Numbered from the stretch's first letter, positions 24,193 through 36,629 are shown. The stretch is 64,000 bases of DNA from Mobula hypostoma (GCF_963921235.1 NC_086097.1:131752001-131816000), one strand, 5' to 3'. Notes: a model not told the origin generated them from the letters alone. Numbers and translations: made by a program.

Positions 24193-24867
24193 CTAAAGAT
24201 TCAGTCTCTTGGGGGGTGTTCTGTTTCTTTCAGGATAGTTCTTCTGGACCTGTGGAGTGGCATCATGTTTGGCAGATGTCTTATCTAAGACAACGTTCTC
24301 GGTTTCCGGTGTCACGTTGCTGTCAGTGACATCACTACTGAGAGGTAAGTCCGGTGACGGTAATGCATCCATCTTGCTGGATGCAGTCGGCTCAGGTGTG
24401 TTCTTTGGTTGAGCATGCAGTATCTGCTCCATATAACGTCCCCATGTCTGACCTCTAACATCCACTGTGTACATCAGTGGTCCAGTTCTTGTAGCTCTCC
24501 TACCGGGTGAACACTTGTGCTGTAGAGAAACGTCCTCCTTCTCCATTGCTTTAATGGACTTCTTGAAGGTTTGGATAAACCTTACAGCTAACCCTTTCAT
24601 TGATGGGTGGTGACGAGCCGACTTGAAATGTCCAATGCCATTTTTCTTCCTGAATGGTTGGAATTCTTCTGATGTGTATTGTGGTCTGTTGTCACTCACA
24701 ATTTGTTCTGGCAAGCCATTTCTCATGAAGATAGTCCTCAGAGCGGAGACAGCGACAGCGATGTGGAACACTTCTGCTGGGTCACAATATGAAGACTTTT
24801 CTTCTTCAGTTGCCAACAGTGGAAGACGTGACAAGCCATCAATGTTGCTGTGTTGCTGTGTTTCCAA
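24193..24867 (-). pseudogene. Gypsy RNase H end/integrase remnant with internal deletions
   Basis: HSNIDGLSRLP; LRTIFMRNGLPEQIVSDNRPQYTSEEF; GIGHFKSARHHPSMKGLAVRFIQTFK; C-terminal YPERNRTPPKRLNL. Confidence 0.85.
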
Positions 24868-24999
24868 ATTGCTGGAGCTGATGAGATGCCAAAGACGAGA
24901 GGATTATACTGGAACAGTCCCTTGTGTGTGTTAATAGTGTGTGGTACTTCTTGCTTGTCTACTCAATCTCCATTTGCAGATAGGCTTGTGACAAGTCAA

Positions 25000-25815
25000 T
25001 CTTTGAAAATCTCTCCCCGCCTGCCAAAGATGCAAAATTATATTCAATTCATAGCAGGGGATACTACACAGTATGCAGCACTGGGTTGATGCTCACTTTA
25101 ATATCCCCACATATGCGAACAGCTTCAGCCTTTCCTTTCTTGATCAACAGGACAATGGGGATGGCCCAGTCACTCCACTCTGCTTTGGAGAGAATTCCAG
25201 GTGCCTCCAAGCTCCACAATTCAGCATGCAATTTATGATGTAGTGCATGAGACACTGGATGCACTTTATGGAATCTTGGTGTTGCTGTTTCATCAAGTCA
25301 ATTCTGGCCTTCATGTCTTTGAGTTTACCAATCCCCTTCTCAAACACCTTTTCATTAGCATTATGCAGCTGGGCCATTCTCTGGTTAGTGCCACCATTTG
25401 GACCAACGTTATCTTTTGATGTCACACTGAGAACTTTGATTAAGTGCCTGTCTAGTTGGATTTTTCTCGCCCACTCACATCTGAAAAGTGCTGGCCCTCC
25501 ACTGTTCAATACATAGAGCTCTAAATGTTCTGTTTGGCCTCCATATGTCACCCCCACTTTCAGTTTGCCTTTGGGAGACACTCTTTTGCCTGTTTACGTC
25601 TCTAATTGTATCTTTTTATTTATGGGAGGTTAAAATAAAAAAAACAGTTTCAGGTCAGTAATACAAGAGATTCTGCAGATGCAGGAAATCCAGAGTAATA
25701 CCATAAGACATAGCAACATCACTGAGATCTTCTCTAATTGTACAATCTGTTGTAGTCAGCTGTTGCAATTTTGGACAAAGCTGACCTTGTGTTCAATTCC
25801 ATTTTCAGTTTTACA
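25000..25815 (-). pseudogene. Gypsy aspartic protease and RT N-terminal remnant
   Basis: LKMELNTRSALS (decayed DTG motif), GPALFRCEW, VFEKGIGKLK, SDWAIPIV, VRICGDIKVSINPVL. Confidence 0.8.
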
Positions 25816-25899
25816 CTGGACACATCATTGAGATCCCGATGATTTTGTGATCTGCTTCAGTTATACTATGCAGTTCTGGGCATAACAGTTCACCTTTGT

Positions 25900-26679
25900 C
25901 AAACTCTATGTTGTCTGATTCTGTTTCGCATTTGGTTACTTTGTACATTTGCTTAGTTTTGTGTTTGAGACTTTTGACCAGGTTGTGCTTTTTGTTTGCC
26001 TTACACATTCTCTTTGTGACCCTCTCTGTGACACTCTCTGCAGACTTTTGCTTTGAACCAACAGTCATTTGGAAATAGGAGGATTTGCCACATCGATACC
26101 ATTTTTGGCTTTTTGCACCATTCGGGGACATTTTGTGCATTTCACATTCTAACCTCTTTTTCTGTAGTTCTGCTGCACCCTTTGCTCCAGCCTTTAACAA
26201 TCTTGCAATGATCAATGCCCTTTGTAGGGTTGGGTCTCTTTTGGACAGTAGCCTCTTTTGAATGCTTTGCCTATACATACCACATACAAGCCTGACCCTT
26301 AATGCATAATGAAGTTCATCTCTAAGTCACAGTACTGGAAAGGTTTGTGCAGTTCTGCAATGCATTCAGAAAGGCTTTCATCTTTTGACTAGCTCCTTTT
26401 GTATCTAAATACCTCAGCTATTACCAGTGGTTTAGGGCTCATGTGATTTTGTAAAATTATAACAACTTTATCGAACGTCTTGCTTGTTAGCTTTGCAGGA
26501 ATTACTGAATTGTGTAAGAGCCTGTATGTTCTTGGGCCCATTAAGCTAAGAAGTGTCAGAGTTTTCTTTTGCTCCTCCATGTTCTTGGTACAATACAGTT
26601 CAACCCTCTTGACATACGACTCCCAGCCTTCATTGGTGCTATCAATTTTGTCAGTTTTCCCGACTGAAGCCATTGCCAC
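25900..26679 (-). pseudogene. Gypsy gag remnant
   Basis: MAMASVGKTDKIDSTNEGWESYVKRVELY...LLSLMGPRTYRLL...PKPLVIAEVFRY; SIQKRLLSK...; degenerate zinc knuckle WYRCGK. Confidence 0.85.
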
Positions 26680-26821
26680 GTTATTTTCACTTTAAGTTCA
26701 GCGCGTCTTTCAGTGTTATTCATGCATCTGTTGTCTGCGATGGCCTCTCATGCTGTTTAATTCTCGCTGTTTCGTCCCGTAACTGTCAGTGCAGTTCGTG
26801 ATATTCTCTGACATTCAGGTT

Positions 26822-26836
26822 CCTTCTCATTGTCAA
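26822..26836 (-). promoter_or_regulatory. Decayed primer-binding site
   Basis: Minus-strand TGACAATGAG lies 3 nt after the 5' LTR. It is consistent with a TGGCGACGAG-type PBS after CpG decay. Confidence 0.55.
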
Positions 26837-26838
26837 TT

Positions 26839-27038
26839 TGTTGTGTCTATGTACAAATACATATAGGTTAAATAAAAACATGCTCATGGATGATGGCATT
26901 AACTGGTGTATTCACATTGCAGCGAGACAGAGAGAGAGAGAGAGGGAGAGAACAATGCACATGCATAGAAAAGAGATCAATACTGGGGGGGGGTGTGGGG
27001 GGGTCATCGTTCTAAAAGAAATATATCCATACATGACA
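26839..27038 (-). repeat. 5' LTR of the Gypsy element
   Basis: TGTTGTGTCT...CATGACA, colinear with 23856-24064, with a (GA)n expansion. Confidence 0.88.
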
Positions 27039-27043
27039 TTCAC

Positions 27044-27190
27044 CAACCTTGGGAAGTGGAAGAAAAATGGAACACTCATGAAATACCTTTGTAGTCATAG
27101 AGAGAATGTGCAGACTCCACATAGATAGCACCAGAAGTTAGCATTGAACTGCAGGTTGCTTGAGTTGTGAGGAAGCAGCTCTATTACTCT
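27044..27190 (-). mobile_element. V-SINE/HE1-like SINE remnant
   Basis: 'gagagaatgtgcagactccacatagatagcaccagaagttagcattgaac' is the reverse of the B-box + V-core seen at 12623. Confidence 0.6.
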
Positions 27191-27769
27191 CCTTGGCTGG
27201 TTACACCTTTTGGGATGCCCGCTGGTTCTGGTCCAGTGAGGGTGTACCTGCCGCTGGCGCTCATTGGCCAAGCACAGCCAGTGATTCAGCTGCCAATCAG
27301 TACTGGACGGACTGTTTGCTGGGAGGGAAGGTTGTCTCTTCACTGGACAATCACAGAAGTATTGCCAGGCAAGCAAGAGATTCTCAACATTTGTGGGTAG
27401 CTGTGCCCCGATTTGATGTGGTAAGCTTGCCAGAGATGTTGTAATAGGCACTGTTTGGCTCCAGTAAGAGAATTCATGTGTCAGACTGATTCTTAGCTAA
27501 CTCCGGGTTTGTGCGGTGAGTGAAATCTGGACCTTTTATCTCATTCATATCTTGATCATACAGGTGGAAGAGACAGACCTGTGGTTACCTTGGACTTTGT
27601 TTATGTTGAATAGCAGCACAACTGACAGATAGCCTGTCGGGTGAAGTTGTATTACTGTCCTCAACCTGGGAAAAGTCCACTGCTGGCACTTATAAATAAC
27701 AGAGCTACTGAGAGATATAGCATAAATGATCTAAACTTTGGACAAATTATTAGCTTCCAAGAACCTTTT

Positions 27770-28610
27770 TAAAGCTTCTATACTTCTTGCTGCCTCAGTA
27801 AAGCAGCCAATATTATTAAGGACCCACCCCACCCACCACAGATAATCTCTGTTTTCCCCTCCCATTGGGCGGATTATACAGAAACTTGAAAGTATGGACC
27901 ACCAGACTCAAGGACATCTTCTATCCTGCTGCTATCAGACTCTTGATTAAATGGCTTGAACGATAGATTGAAAATTTGGCTGAGTGGTGTAATAACAACA
28001 ACCTCTCATTCAATGTCAGTAAGACCAAGAAACTGATTGTAGACTTCAGGAAACCACAGGGCCATGAGCCAGTAATCATCACTGGATCAGAGGTGGAGAG
28101 GGTCGGTAACTTTAAATTCCTGGGTGTCACTATCTCAAGGGCCTGTCCTGGATCCATCATATAAAGATAAATGCAAAGAAAGCATGATGGCACCTTGTTT
28201 ACTGTTGTTTTACAGTTGCAGTATGATGGCAACCTTTAAAAGGCAGTTGGACAGGTAGATAAGATTACAGTTGCAGTAATTGTTTACAGTTACTGTTCTA
28301 TAGATTTGCTAAATATGCCCATAGAATAAGAATCTCTGTGTTGTATGTGGTGACATGTATATACTTTGACAATAAATTTTACTTTGAACACTGAACTTTG
28401 AACTTTGATAGGATGGACTCCTGACCTCGCAATCTACCTCATTATGATCGTGCAGTTTATTGTTTACCTGCACTGTGCTTTCTCTGTAGCTGTTAAACTT
28501 TACTCTGCAAGTTTTAACCTTTTCCTACCTCAAAGCTCTGTGTATGACCAGTATGCAAGACAATCGTTTCACTGTATCCTGGTACATGTGACAATAATAA
28601 ACCAAAAATA
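27770..28610 (+). mobile_element. Nested Rex1/Babar 3' fragments
   Basis: EWCNNNNLSFNVSKTKKLIVDFRK...VERVGNFKFLGVTI. Tails 'aataaattttactttgaacactgaactttgaactttg' and 'gtgacaataataaacc'. Confidence 0.75.
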
Positions 28611-30849
28611 AAGGGAGAGAGGGAGACAGAGAGACTTAGAGAGGGGATTCCACAGCCTTGTTAATTGACCTAGTGTATCATATAATGCTGAAATGGATTT
28701 CTACCCCATGTGTTTTCACATCAACCCTGTTTGTGCAAAGCACATGGATTTGTGTCAACACTTCAGTTTCCAATATGGCATGTGTCCCCATGTGTCATGC
28801 ACTCTTAAAGCAGTTCACAAGAAATAAGGCATTGGGAAGACATAAAAGGTTTGATTATAGTTGCTGTGGCATCATTCAACATACTGGTCCACACTGACCA
28901 AGATGCCCTTCAGAGCTGGTTCCATTTGCCAACATTTAGCCTATAACCTTCTAATCCTATCCATCTGCCTTTTAAATATTGCTACAGTACCTGTCCCAAC
29001 CACATGCTTCCTCTGGCAGTTCATTCAACATACTTAATAATCTATGTGTAAAAAAAAAAGTTGCCCCTCAAGTTCCCAGTAAATCTCTCAGCTCGTACCT
29101 TAAACATATGCCCACTTGCTCTTAACTCCCCAACATTGTGTAAAAGAGAGTGCATTCACTTTATTTATGCTGCTCATGACTTTATACACTTCTCGAGAAA
29201 GAGGAAATAGTTGATGCAAGTACAATAACAACTTTTAAAAGGCAGTTGGACAGATACATGGATAGGAAAGGTTTAGAAGGCTTGGGCCAAATACTAGCAA
29301 ATGATACTAGTTTGGATGGGTATCTTGGTTGGCATGAGCTGATTGAACCCAAGGGCTTGCCTTTAAGTTTATGACTATAAAACTAGAGTGGAAGCAAATA
29401 TACTCAATCCAAATAAAGGAGTCAGTCGAGTTTTCCTTTATTAGAATTTTGTAATGGGATCATTGACATTCAGAAGACAGACTTCTTCAAAATGTTGCAT
29501 CTGAAAAATACCATCTACAACATAAAAGCACTGGAAGTGAATGCCTGGTGTTGGAAGGTAATTCTCTAGAATGGGAATTGAACCCAAAACTCGGAGAAGA
29601 GCTCACTACCCAGTAAGCAATGGCTGAAATGTGAATGTTCCACTGAAGTGGCTCGGTTGCACTGTGCAATCCTGTGGGAGAGAAGCAGGGTAGTTTGGCT
29701 GAATTACATTAAAATCCTCCGAGTAACTGTTGTGATTTAACCTTTCCAAATCTATAACTGTTAAAGCATAATAATATTGGAATAAAGAATCAGCAAAAAA
29801 AAAGTCTATGAAAAGCAAAATGTTTCAAACGTAATTATTTGCATCCATCATTTTAAATAGTCTCTTACTGCTGAGAAATGTTTGTTAAGACAAGATTAAC
29901 AATACTTCATTTTAAGGTCACACAAATAAGTGTTTACTAACAATATAATTAAAATGCAGGAAAACTATCTATTAATATGTTTGGAACATGGTATTATAAA
30001 CAATAACAGCATAACAAGTGACATCCATGCTAAAATAACTCTTACCGTCTCCCTTGCCAGCTTACAAAGGTAACATGTTAATAATCATAATAAAATAACA
30101 CTATAGTAGTGAGAAGATAACTAAGTATACAGGATAATTTTCCATCATTTTCAGCTCTTTGTCACTTCCACCTATTCAAGATTCAAGATTTTTTAATGTC
30201 AGTTCCCGTACACAAGTGTAAAGGAGAATGAAATAACTGTTACTCCGGATCCTATGCAGCAGAAAAAACAACACAAAAAGATAAAGAACACAATAATAAT
30301 TTTAAAAAGGAAAACAACTAAATACTTTGTTAATCACTCTTTTTCTGGCAAATGATGATCGCAAGCAATAGTCTGAAACCTCCCTTTGGACTTGGAGGCA
30401 ATTTGATATGGCAGAATCGAGGTGAAGCGAGGCAGTGGGCCCATCACTGAGAGAGAGGAAGACCCAAGGTTCGATCGATTGAAGTATTGTGCCGAATTGG
30501 AAAGTTTGGGTCCAGGCCGAATCGAGGCAGCAAGGTACAGGCACCAGAGCATATTGATTGTTGATGGTTGGATGAAGATTTAAGCAGCCAGTCGAATCGG
30601 AACGGTTGGGTACAGCCCAAATCAAGGTGGCGGGGTCCAGCCTCTAGAACATACCAAGGCAGCTGAACTTTATGTTTGGTTATTGTTTACGTGATTTTTT
30701 TTGCGCATTGGGTGTTCGATAGTCTTTTTTAATGAGTTCTCTTGGGTTTCTTTATTTTGTGGTCTCTTGTCAAAAGACAAATCTCAAGTTGTATAATGTA
30801 CACATACTTTGATAATAAATATACGTTGAACTTTAGACTTTGAAAAAAG

Positions 30850-32900
30850 ACAAGATAACTTATATACATAGAATGATTGAATAAAGTGTCACTAGGCATG
30901 GGGGTGTCTGTACGTAAGGTGACTGATAAAAATTAGTGGTGGATGGGGGTGTGGAGGGGTGGGTGGGTTAGTGGTTGGAGATATTGATCAGCTTATTGCT
31001 TGAGGAAAGTAACTGTTTTTGAGTTTTAAGTCCAGTGGTCTTGGCATGGATGTTACGTAGACTTTTCCCTGATGGAGTGGGACAAAGAGTCCATGAGTTG
31101 GGTCAGTGGAATCCTTCGTGATGTTACTGGTCCTTTTCCAGCACCTTTCTGTAAATATGTCCTTGATGGCAGGTAGGCTGATGCAGGGATACATTGGGCA
31201 ATTTTGACTACCGGTTGTAGAGCCTTCCAGTCCACCGCAGTGCATTTTCTGTACCAAGCAGCGATGGACCTTGTTAGGATGCTCCCTACTGTGCATCTGT
31301 AGAATGACATGAGTATAGATGTACAAAGTCCAGCACTTCTCACCCCCTCAGAAAGGAAAGTTGTTGGTGACCTTTCTTGATTGTGTAGAATGTGTTCTGG
31401 GACCATGCAAGGTTGTACAAAATGTGAATCCAGGAGATTAAAACCATCACAGTTTCCACTGCTGTGCCGCTGGTGTAAAGAGGGATGTGAGTGGAGCAAG
31501 TTCTCCTGAAGTCAAAAACCACCTCCTTTGTCTTGTTGACACTGAGGAAGAGGTTATTTACCTGGCACCAGGCCTCAATCTCTTTCTCCTGCTCACTCAT
31601 CTTTCTTCGTGATGAGCCACATCACTGCCGTGTCATCGGTGAACTTGACAATGTGATTACTCAGGTGTATGGCTGTGCGAGCAGGGTGTAGAGAATGGGC
31701 TCAGCACACAGCCCTGGGGGCACCCGTGCTGAGGATGATGGGGATGGAGGAGGGGTTGTGCATCCTAACAACCTGAAGTCTGTTGGTTAGGAGGTCCAAC
31801 CCTCAGTTGCACAGTGGTGTATTTGGACTGAGTAGTAGGAGATCGTTCACCAAAGACTGTGTGACAATAGTGTTGAATGGTGAACTGAAATCCAGAAACA
31901 GCATTGTGACCTAAGTGTCCTTATTTTCTAGGTGTTTCAGGGCCAGGTGCATGACAGCTGACTGTAACCATACTGGTGAGCATCCAATGTAGTAGGAATG
32001 AAAGCATTGATATGTTCCGTTATCAGCCATTCAAAGCATTTCATGATGCTTAGCATCAGTGCCACTGACCAGTAGTCATTTAGTTCTGAATTTGTAGGGT
32101 TCTTTGGTACAGGGATGATGGTGGCTGATTTGAAGCATGTGGGGACAGCAGCCTGGATGAGTGAAGTGTTGAAGAAGTCTGGAAAGACAACAGTGAGTTG
32201 GTATGCAGACTCCCTGAGCACTCGGCCTGGGATGTTGTCTGGCCTAGTCTACTTACAGGCTTGACTCTCTGCAAGGTCTTTCTCACATTGACTCTGCTAC
32301 AGACAGTGGCTGCTCACGTGGAAGGGGGAAGCTTTCATGGCTGGCATTGTGTTGTATGCCCCGAGGTACGCATAGAAGTTGTTTAGAGCACCAAGGATGA
32401 GGGCATTGATTATACCATCAATGTTACTTTTCCTTGCATAGTCTGTAATGCCCTTGCTGCACAGCCACATACTCTGGTGATCATTATCGGACATTTTTTT
32501 GTGTGTAGGTGGTCTTTGCTCTCTAATTGCCTAAGTTAAGGTTCCTCCTGGTGGCTCCATGAGCAGACTTGAAGGCACGGTCCCCAGCTTTTAGTAGGGA
32601 ATGCACCTTTTAGTTCTGCAGGGATTCTGATTGTGCTGTGAGGTGACCATTACTGAGGTATCAATGTCATCTACACATTCTTATTGTTGTAGCCAGTCAC
32701 AGATGAGCCATATTATACAAGGTCTCTGTATTCTCCATTTGTGGCGGTGTCCTTGACCATCTGCCAGTCAGCCATTCAAAACAGTCTGGAGGCATAGAGA
32801 TTGTCTTATTAGATCATACAGTGATGGTCTTCTTGACTGGTTTCTTCATTTTCAGCAGCAGTCAGTATGCTGGAATTAACGTCATGGCGATGAGATCATC
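30850..32900 (-). mobile_element. Rex1/Babar LINE, ~2 kb decayed ORF (EN end to RT C-terminus)
   Basis: VPTCFKSATIIPVPK...LNDYWSVAL..IMKCFE; WCQVNNLFLSVNKTKEVVFDFRR; FYRCTVGSILTRSIAAWY; LKNSYFPQAIS. Confidence 0.9.
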
Positions 32901-32909
32901 TCTCAGCTT

Positions 32910-33130
32910 CGGACAACAGTCCTAATTCTCCCCCTTCTTCATCTGCCGATCAGAACCCACTCATATGGATCTGCGTATCATCTGTCAGCTCTTACTACAT
33001 CTCTTCCCTCTACCTTTAAACTGACTATCACCCCCTCTTTCTTTCCAGTCCAGATGAAGGGATTTGACATGAAACGTTTGACTGTCCACTTCCTTCCATA
33101 GATGCTACCCGACACATTGTGTTGTGTTTT
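32910..33130 (+). mobile_element. Degenerate PLE 3' tail with decayed hammerhead
   Basis: 'cagtc-cagatga-agggatttgacat-gaaa-cgttt-gactg...ccatagatgct' at 33046-33106. Confidence 0.65.
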
Positions 33131-33417
33131 GAACAGGGTTAAATATTTGTTCCTAACCAATTGTCTTCAATTTTATGAAGAATTACAGAAAGTAATGAGG
33201 TACTTGTGGAGGTAACAATTACCAGTGCAGGGTCCTTACTAAGTACAACAAACACTTGATTAGCCATAGAAGCAACTTGTATTTGGAGAATACCTTTACT
33301 GCAGCAAGACAGTGTGTGGAATTTCACTGATTTATGACCAAATATACTGCAAGACCAAACCATTTTGAGAGGTTTTGTGCGAGGTGATGACATTTCAAAT
33401 AAGTTCAAGGGAACTCC

Positions 33418-34294
33418 CGTTATGATCCGGTCTGTGTAGTCTGCATTCTGGTTCACGGTCTAGTCCATCAATCTGTATTCCAGGTTTTCCGGTTTCCCCT
33501 TGTTCTGTTGTGTTCCTTAATTGAGGCACATGATTCTCATTTTGGGCTGGCTACATAAATATCTCCTGGGTTCAGCTTCAGTGGCTGGACTGTTCCCTTC
33601 CCTTCCCTTCCCTTCCCTCTGAAGCCTTGCCTGCAACCTTGGCCTGAAGACTTGCCTGCAACCTCGCCTGTATCGCTGTCAAGTCCTACTGCCGGAGCAA
33701 GACTGGAGCCTTGCTGTGTCTAGATAAGGAACTGTCTTTCGTTGTTTGGAACTGTCTCTTTGTGTCCTCACCTTCGTTAGGTAGGTGGGGCTGTTTGCTG
33801 CTACCTAGTGTTGGAACCGTCTCTGTGTCTACGCCTTAGCTAGACCAAGGCTCGGAGCATCCAGTCCTCGTCCAAGGCTCCGAGGTTCCAGTTTTGCCAA
33901 GACCAAGACCCTGTGTTCCAGTTCTGCCAAGACCAAGTCAAGGCTTCGTGTTCTCGTCCAGTCCTGTAGCCACGCCATGTCCTGTAGTCATGTCTTGTCC
34001 TCGCCTAGATCCGGGGTCCGAGCCAGAGTCAAGACCCAGGTTCCAGGAACCTGTCCAGTCTCTGGCTTGGAGTCCTAGCCCAGGTTCCTAGTTCCTAGTT
34101 CCTTGTCCTGGTTCCGCTTCCCTAGTCAAGTCCTAGCCCAGGCCCTGTATCCCAGTCTCGTCTAGGGCCCGTCTCAATGTCCAGCGTCATTTCTTCCTCA
34201 CTTCCCTTGCTTTCTTGACACACCTAGTTCTGCTCCTAGTACTTCAGTGTCTGTGTCTTGCATTTGGGTCGGCTCCCAGCACCCCCCCATGACA
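33418..34294 (+). mobile_element. Solo LTR (Gypsy-like), 877 bp
   Basis: Perfect 5-bp TSD ACTCC (33413-17, 34295-99). Termini (C/T)GTTATG...CATGACA, TATA-like TACATAAATA near 33552, internal short tandem repeats, 3' 'tgcatttgggtc'. Confidence 0.85.
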
Positions 34295-34984
34295 ACTCCT
34301 CCTAGTTTTATTTTGGGTCAATAATGACTCCTCCATCTATATCAGGAAAGCTGATAATCTCATCATCAGAATCAGAATCAGTATCAAAATCAGATCAGGC
34401 AGCAGTACAGTGCAGACATAACAAATTACTATAAGTTCCAATTCAGAAAAAATAAGTAGTGAAAAAGAAGGATAGAGATGTTTGTGTCAACAGTTCATGG
34501 ACAATTCAGAAATCTGATGGCAAAGGGAAATCAATTGTTCCTAAAGCGTTGAGTGTGGCTCATCATGAGGAATGCATCATCATTGTATTCCTGTTTAGGA
34601 GAGATTTTTCTGAACAGTGCCATCTCTATTTTAGCTCATATCAAAACTTTTCACTGCAGTTACTTTCCTGATCTACTCCTGGTTGGAATTGTGACCTCTA
34701 CCATCAAGAAGGACAAGAGCATTAGTCCCAGTGAACACTGTCAACTATAGCAGTTTCTTTATTGGAATTCCATCTTCACCAGCACTGCAACAGTTCTGGA
34801 AGGTGGCTCACCATACCAAGGGCAATTAAAGATGAGGAATAAATTCTGGCCTTCCCAGCAATATCTACACCCTATTAAAAGAATGAAATGATACAATTTG
34901 CATTCTCACTTCATTCAGTTGGAAACAAATGATCAGAATTCAGTGTAGGAACACAAGAAATAACAGATTTCACAACTGGTAACC

Positions 34985-35335
34985 TTTGTTTTCTTGCGCA
35001 TCACCCTCCTGCTTGCGTCCATCTTCATCACCAACCTGGCTCGATCTGCCATGTGTTTGTCTGCCTCTATCTGTCGTCCACTTGTCTCCGTCTCCCAACT
35101 TTGAAGCTCCTCCTGGTCTACTGCTCATCATCCTCTCAGTCCACCTGTCTGGCCCCTGCCACACCTTTCCCCCTCTCCCCATTATAATGATTACCTTCCC
35201 TCCCGACTCTCAGTCCTTATGCAGTGATTCAACTCAAAGCGTTGATAATTCCTTTTCCCCCACATATGCTGCTCGACCCATTGAGTTCCTCCAACAGAAT
35301 GCTTGTTGCTCCAGCTTTCAGCACCTGCTGTCTCC
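34985..35335 (+). mobile_element. Old PLE 3' UTR/tail remnant
   Basis: Pyrimidine-rich tract, then 'cagtcc...atgctgctcgacccattgagttcctccaacag...ttcagcacctgc'. Confidence 0.6.
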
Positions 35336-35827
35336 TATGTCTGGATAAAGAACCATAGTTTCAATGTTACATCTCTAAGTATCTCCAGCTCCATTACTGA
35401 TACCACTGTCCAGGGGTAGGCAACCTTAAGCACAAATGATTTTCTAGCATGCGTTATTCATTAATTTGAGGCAAAACATAACTAGATGTATTTGAATGGA
35501 TAATTCCCATATTTCAAGTTTTTAATGGCGACCCTGGAAGCCCTTGCTGCCACTGCCTCTGAGCCAAATGTTTGGATTAGAATAAGACACTGGAAATGAT
35601 TCATTTGCACAACAAGAGACAATAATTGGTTTGAATAGCAGAAGTTATTTCTCTTTGATGTATTCTTTATAATCAGATAATACAAATCAGAAACTCTTTG
35701 GACATTTGCCAGTACACCTGGTGTTCTTAAGCTGTTGATTTTAACCAACTGGATAGTTTATGAGTCCTGAATCTGTTTCCTAGAATACAGAGCACTTTGA
35801 AGGGCAGTAAGGAACTAATAGGGGCTG

Positions 35828-35908
35828 AACAACAGGAATTCTGCAGATGCTGGAAATTCAAGCAACACACATCAAAGTTGCTGGTGAACGCAACAGGCCA
35901 GGCAGCAT
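35828..35908 (-). mobile_element. Young PLE extreme 3' end (81 bp)
   Basis: Reverse complement is nearly identical to 3477-3556. Confidence 0.88.
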
Positions 35909-36010
35909 TTGTCTTCTCATCCTACCTGATTCTTAACACTGAGTAAGAAGGCTGGGGGGAGGGAGTCGTGGGGTTCAAGCCCCTTCCTGATGATTCTCAG
36001 TTACAATCCA

Positions 36011-36402
36011 GTGCTGCATTATTGGAGGGATGGTGCTGAGGGAGTGCTGCACTGCAGAAGGAGTAGTGTGAGATGTACTGCACTGTTGTAGGGATAGTGT
36101 TATGAGAACGCTGCATTTCAAGAGACAGTACTGAGAGGGTGCTAAACTGTTGAAGGGACCATACAATGGGAGTGATATGTTGTCACCAGGACAGTACTGA
36201 AGGAGCTCTGCACTGTCAGGGGACAATTCTGCAGGTTTGCTACGCTACTCTGTCCCAGAGACAATACTAAGGAAGTGCAGCACAGTCAGAGATACAGTTA
36301 TTTAGGAGTGCTACGCTATTGGAATGGCAGTGCTGAAGGTGTTTTGCACTTCTGAAGGATTAGTATAGAGGAAATGCTTCACTGTCAGGGGATGCTTTGA
36401 TG
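36011..36402 (+). repeat. Degenerate ~33-bp minisatellite (~12 units), DeuSINE-core-like
   Basis: Recurrent GTGCTGCACTGT...GGACAGTACTGAGGGA units. Confidence 0.7.
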
Positions 36403-36629
36403 GACTGCTACATTGTAATAGAAGTTGTGCTCCAGACAAGACAGGTCTGTGCGGATACAAAAATTCCAAGGCCAGAAATTGTGAGATCTCTTCATGTCCA
36501 GACCAACATTTATTTCCCAAGACACAGTCATTATGGGTACTTTCCTGTTCCTGAAACCATGCTATATACAAACTGGCTATCAAGATTCCAAAGTTAGAGT
36601 ATGGATCACACTTCAAAATGCACTCTAAT

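Larger units (their letters stand above)
23856..27038 (-). mobile_element. Gypsy (Mag-like) LTR retrotransposon, internally deleted, old
   Basis: TG..CA LTRs at both ends, 5-bp TSD CTCAC/TTCAC (23851-55, 27039-43), PBS, PPT, and gag-PR-RT(start)-IN remnants in Gypsy order. Confidence 0.92.

Noticed and set aside
36011..36402. CRISPR-like array of ~33-bp repeats
   Set aside because: The units are contiguous and degenerate with no unique spacers, there are no cas genes, and the context is vertebrate. It is a minisatellite.
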